Source of the DNA: Psammoneis japonica
Taxonomy: Eukaryota
Direction: 5' to 3'
Assembly: GCA_008632985.1 (NCBI GenBank)
Contig: QPGO01000096.1
Location: forward strand, 186,001 to 250,000
Length of the DNA stretch: 64,000 bases
Shown here: positions 61,531-64,000 of the stretch, one piece after another
How the letters are laid out: every line of letters begins with the position of its first letter
How positions within the stretch are numbered: position 1 is the stretch's first letter
The notes under the pieces: generated by a model
Seen by the model: the letters and a program-made list of their open reading frames with translations, nothing else
The model's database searches: none
Told to the model about the DNA's origin: nothing
Position numbers and translations under genes: made by a program

Positions 61531-62357
61531 CTAGGAACTCTTGCACTTGAAAATGTTAAATCCTCCGCAGAGAGATACAGCCGCAAAGTACACCAGCACC
61601 GTCACTCCTACACCCAACGCAATGTAGAACCTCGTCCTTCTCCACCACATGGTCCGGCTCAGAGTGCGCGAAGACGATTCAAAGCGAAAGGCCTGTTGAT
61701 TGAGTCTGTCCGTCTTGTCTACAAGAAGCTCAATCTTTTCTCCTCGCTCCAACACCTTTTCAATATTCTCCACCATAACTCCCTTGACTTGATCAATTTG
61801 ATTCTTGACCGCTCCGATATTGTCAATCGTGTGATCGGCATTCTCAGTATTGTAGAAGTCCATGCGTTCGCGATCACCTTGGAGAACTCATCATTCATGG
61901 AAAAGGCAATGGCCGTCAGAGGAGCTTCTGGACCATACATTGCAATGAAACGCTGCTTGACATCTTCTAGTAGTGCATAAGGGAGGCGGTGTTTGTTTTG
62001 TTCGTCCGACATGCAGAGATAACAAATGCCTCCCTCGACTACGTAGTGAAACACGTGCTGATCATAGACATACGACATTTTGCCATCGACCGTGGGAATT
62101 TTGGAAAGAAGCACCCGTGTGACTGTGGGGAAATTGCCTGTTGCTTTTGCATAACAAGAAAAACAAGAGCGAGTTAGAGAAAAATAAAAACAACGGTATG
62201 TTGCAGCAGGTCCCGGTCATCACCACGTAGAAATCTACAGGATTCTGTACTAAGCGAAGAAAAAGAACATCACTTCAGCATGCTTCTTACCTGATGTCGC
62301 AGTGTACTCTGCCAGTACCGTCTTTTGACGAGATACGAGACAGTAAACAATCGTCAT
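61531..62357 (-). CDS. VAMP7: VAMP7-like R-SNARE (longin + synaptobrevin + TM), one intron, apparent 1-bp deletion near 61872
   Basis: MTIVYCLVSRQKTVLAEYT|GNFPTVTRVLL...KMSYVYD...VMVENIEKVLERGEKIELLVDKT. Intron GTAAG...CAG at 62290-62138. Confidence 0.9.
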
Positions 62358-62646
62358 GGTGCCTCTACGGTGTGATTATCGTAACGAGGAGGTTACTTGT
62401 TGTTGTGTTGCACAATCTAACTGCTGTTGCTTTTTGCGTATTCGATGTCGATTCGTGGGACTTCGATCTCGTGCATTTTTTCAGTCTGAATCTGCATTTA
62501 ACATAGTGACGTGGCATTGATTATTTTAGTTAGGGAATGAGAACCCGGTAGCATATACCAGGCCTTACGTAGAAATCTACGTACGGCAGATCGTGCGGTA
62601 CAAACCAGTTTTGGCCAGCACAACCCGCGCTCAACCAATTTTCACC

Positions 62647-64000
62647 ATGGCGACTCCTCTTCGTCGATCCCCACGCAGCCCCGACAAGGTCATTGACAAT
62701 GACAGTGGTGCTAATGATATCAAGACGAATGACAGTGATGAGAAGGAGTCCGTCACTGGAACCGATAACATGGAATCACAATCGAAAATGACCTCTGAAT
62801 CGGCATCCGACAGAGAGGAAACTTGCAAATCTGAATCTCCTGGGAAGCCTCCCTCGTCGTCTGGAGATGCTTCTGGCATAAAAGACGACTCCAACGACGT
62901 ATTAATCGATAAGGAAGCGACAGACGACGTTGAAATGGAAGAAGCGGATACTCAAGAAAATGACGAGGTGGGAAAACAGACAGACAGTTCTCCCAAAGAT
63001 GCGGTATCTTCAACAGAGTCTCCCTCAAACGACGCTTCCAAATCTCCCATTGAAAAGAAACCTCCTTTGGAACTCCCTCCTGGAGCATTGGATCGTATAA
63101 AGTCCAACTTACAAATCACTGACGCATTGGAAGAGGATGGGATTTCCCAGAAGATGATTCAAATCGATCGCATCGTGATGGATCGCGCGCATCAAGTGGT
63201 GCTTCCAAGTGTCGATGACGATTCCGACGACGAGCATCAAGACTATCAGCGTATTTATCAACAAGAGGAACATCTGGTGATGATGCAACACAATTTTAGG
63301 CACGCGGTGCGAGGCGTTGACAAGAAGACTGCCAACTGGTTAAGAAGTGCCATGGGGCTGAAGAATAAGCATCACGTCCACGCGAATCGAGATGAGGAAG
63401 GGGAGTCTGACGAGGACGAAGACGAGACTCCAAAACGCAAGACGACATCTAGACGGCTCACACGTGGTATGGCGCGGACTACGCGTATTCGTAAGCGAGA
63501 AGAGCGCAATGTACGAGAAAACCAAGGACTTTACGCTCTCTTGGATGTTATCAAGGACTTGGAAGAGGATCACGGTCCTTTTCCGCTTATTGAAAGTCCT
63601 TCCGTGTCAGAAGAAGAGGAAGAGGAGGAACCGCCTCGTAAACGAGTGAAACCTTCCAAGCCGTCAAGGGCGAAAAAAGAAAAAGAACAGGCGAAACGAA
63701 CCTTGAAGGTAAAACCCCAACCACTGATTGCGATTGTTCCCCGAAAAACGAGTAGGAAACGACGCGCAGTCAAGGACACGGACAAGACCGTCCTTGTCAC
63801 ACGAATCATTGCGAATGGGAAGAGAATTTTAGGGCCTGTGAGTATTTGCATCTGCGTGGTATCCTCACAATCTGATTATTTTTTCATTTTTCTATTTTCT
63901 AACCCAAGCCTCGTTATTTGTTCCGTTTGTCGTTTTATAGGGTGAAAGGGAGGTCAGGAAGGGCTCATCTCGGACTACAGCGTCCAAAAAGCGAAAAGCT
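62647..64000 (+). CDS. Unknown low-complexity acidic/basic, probably nuclear protein; continues past the window
   Basis: Open frame from MATPLRRSPRSP with an NLS-like PPRKRVK. Probable intron GTGAGT (63838) to TAG (63940). Confidence 0.65.

Overview
Eukaryotic genomic DNA, most likely a pennate diatom. This is inferred from a CoDi-type copia element, plastid-targeting signal peptides with an ASAF-like cleavage motif, and short GT-AG introns. Ordinary gene blocks lie at 1-540, ~32-37.1 kb, 43.5-49.3 kb and 55.4-64 kb. They encode a TauE/SafE exporter, an OMA1-like M48 peptidase, an F-box protein, a TMEM45-like protein, a HAD phosphatase, an M50B peptidase, a fibrillin-like protein, a BSD protein and VAMP7. 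Repeat-rich blocks lie at ~0.7-31.3 kb, 37.2-43.4 kb and 49.4-55.4 kb. The main observation is that the repeat blocks have been almost stripped of TpA by TpA->TpG/CpA transitions (A:T->G:C), the reverse of fungal RIP. Direction is shown by paired LTRs, a target-site duplication, a duplicated host gene and invariant Tyr residues turned into Cys or His. The effect depends on position, fades at gene borders, and older blocks have also lost CpG. Once this is allowed for, the mobile elements resolve into: a 10.4-kb TIR element with a 9-bp TSD carrying a RAG1-core/Transib/Chapaev-like transposase plus an IS630/Tc1-like transposase; a full-length copia element with non-canonical AG...CT LTR ends and a nested TRIM-like insert; and a 5.1-kb Academ-like element with perfect 66-bp TIRs. 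All counts are manual and family assignments rest on motifs recognised by eye, not on database searches.
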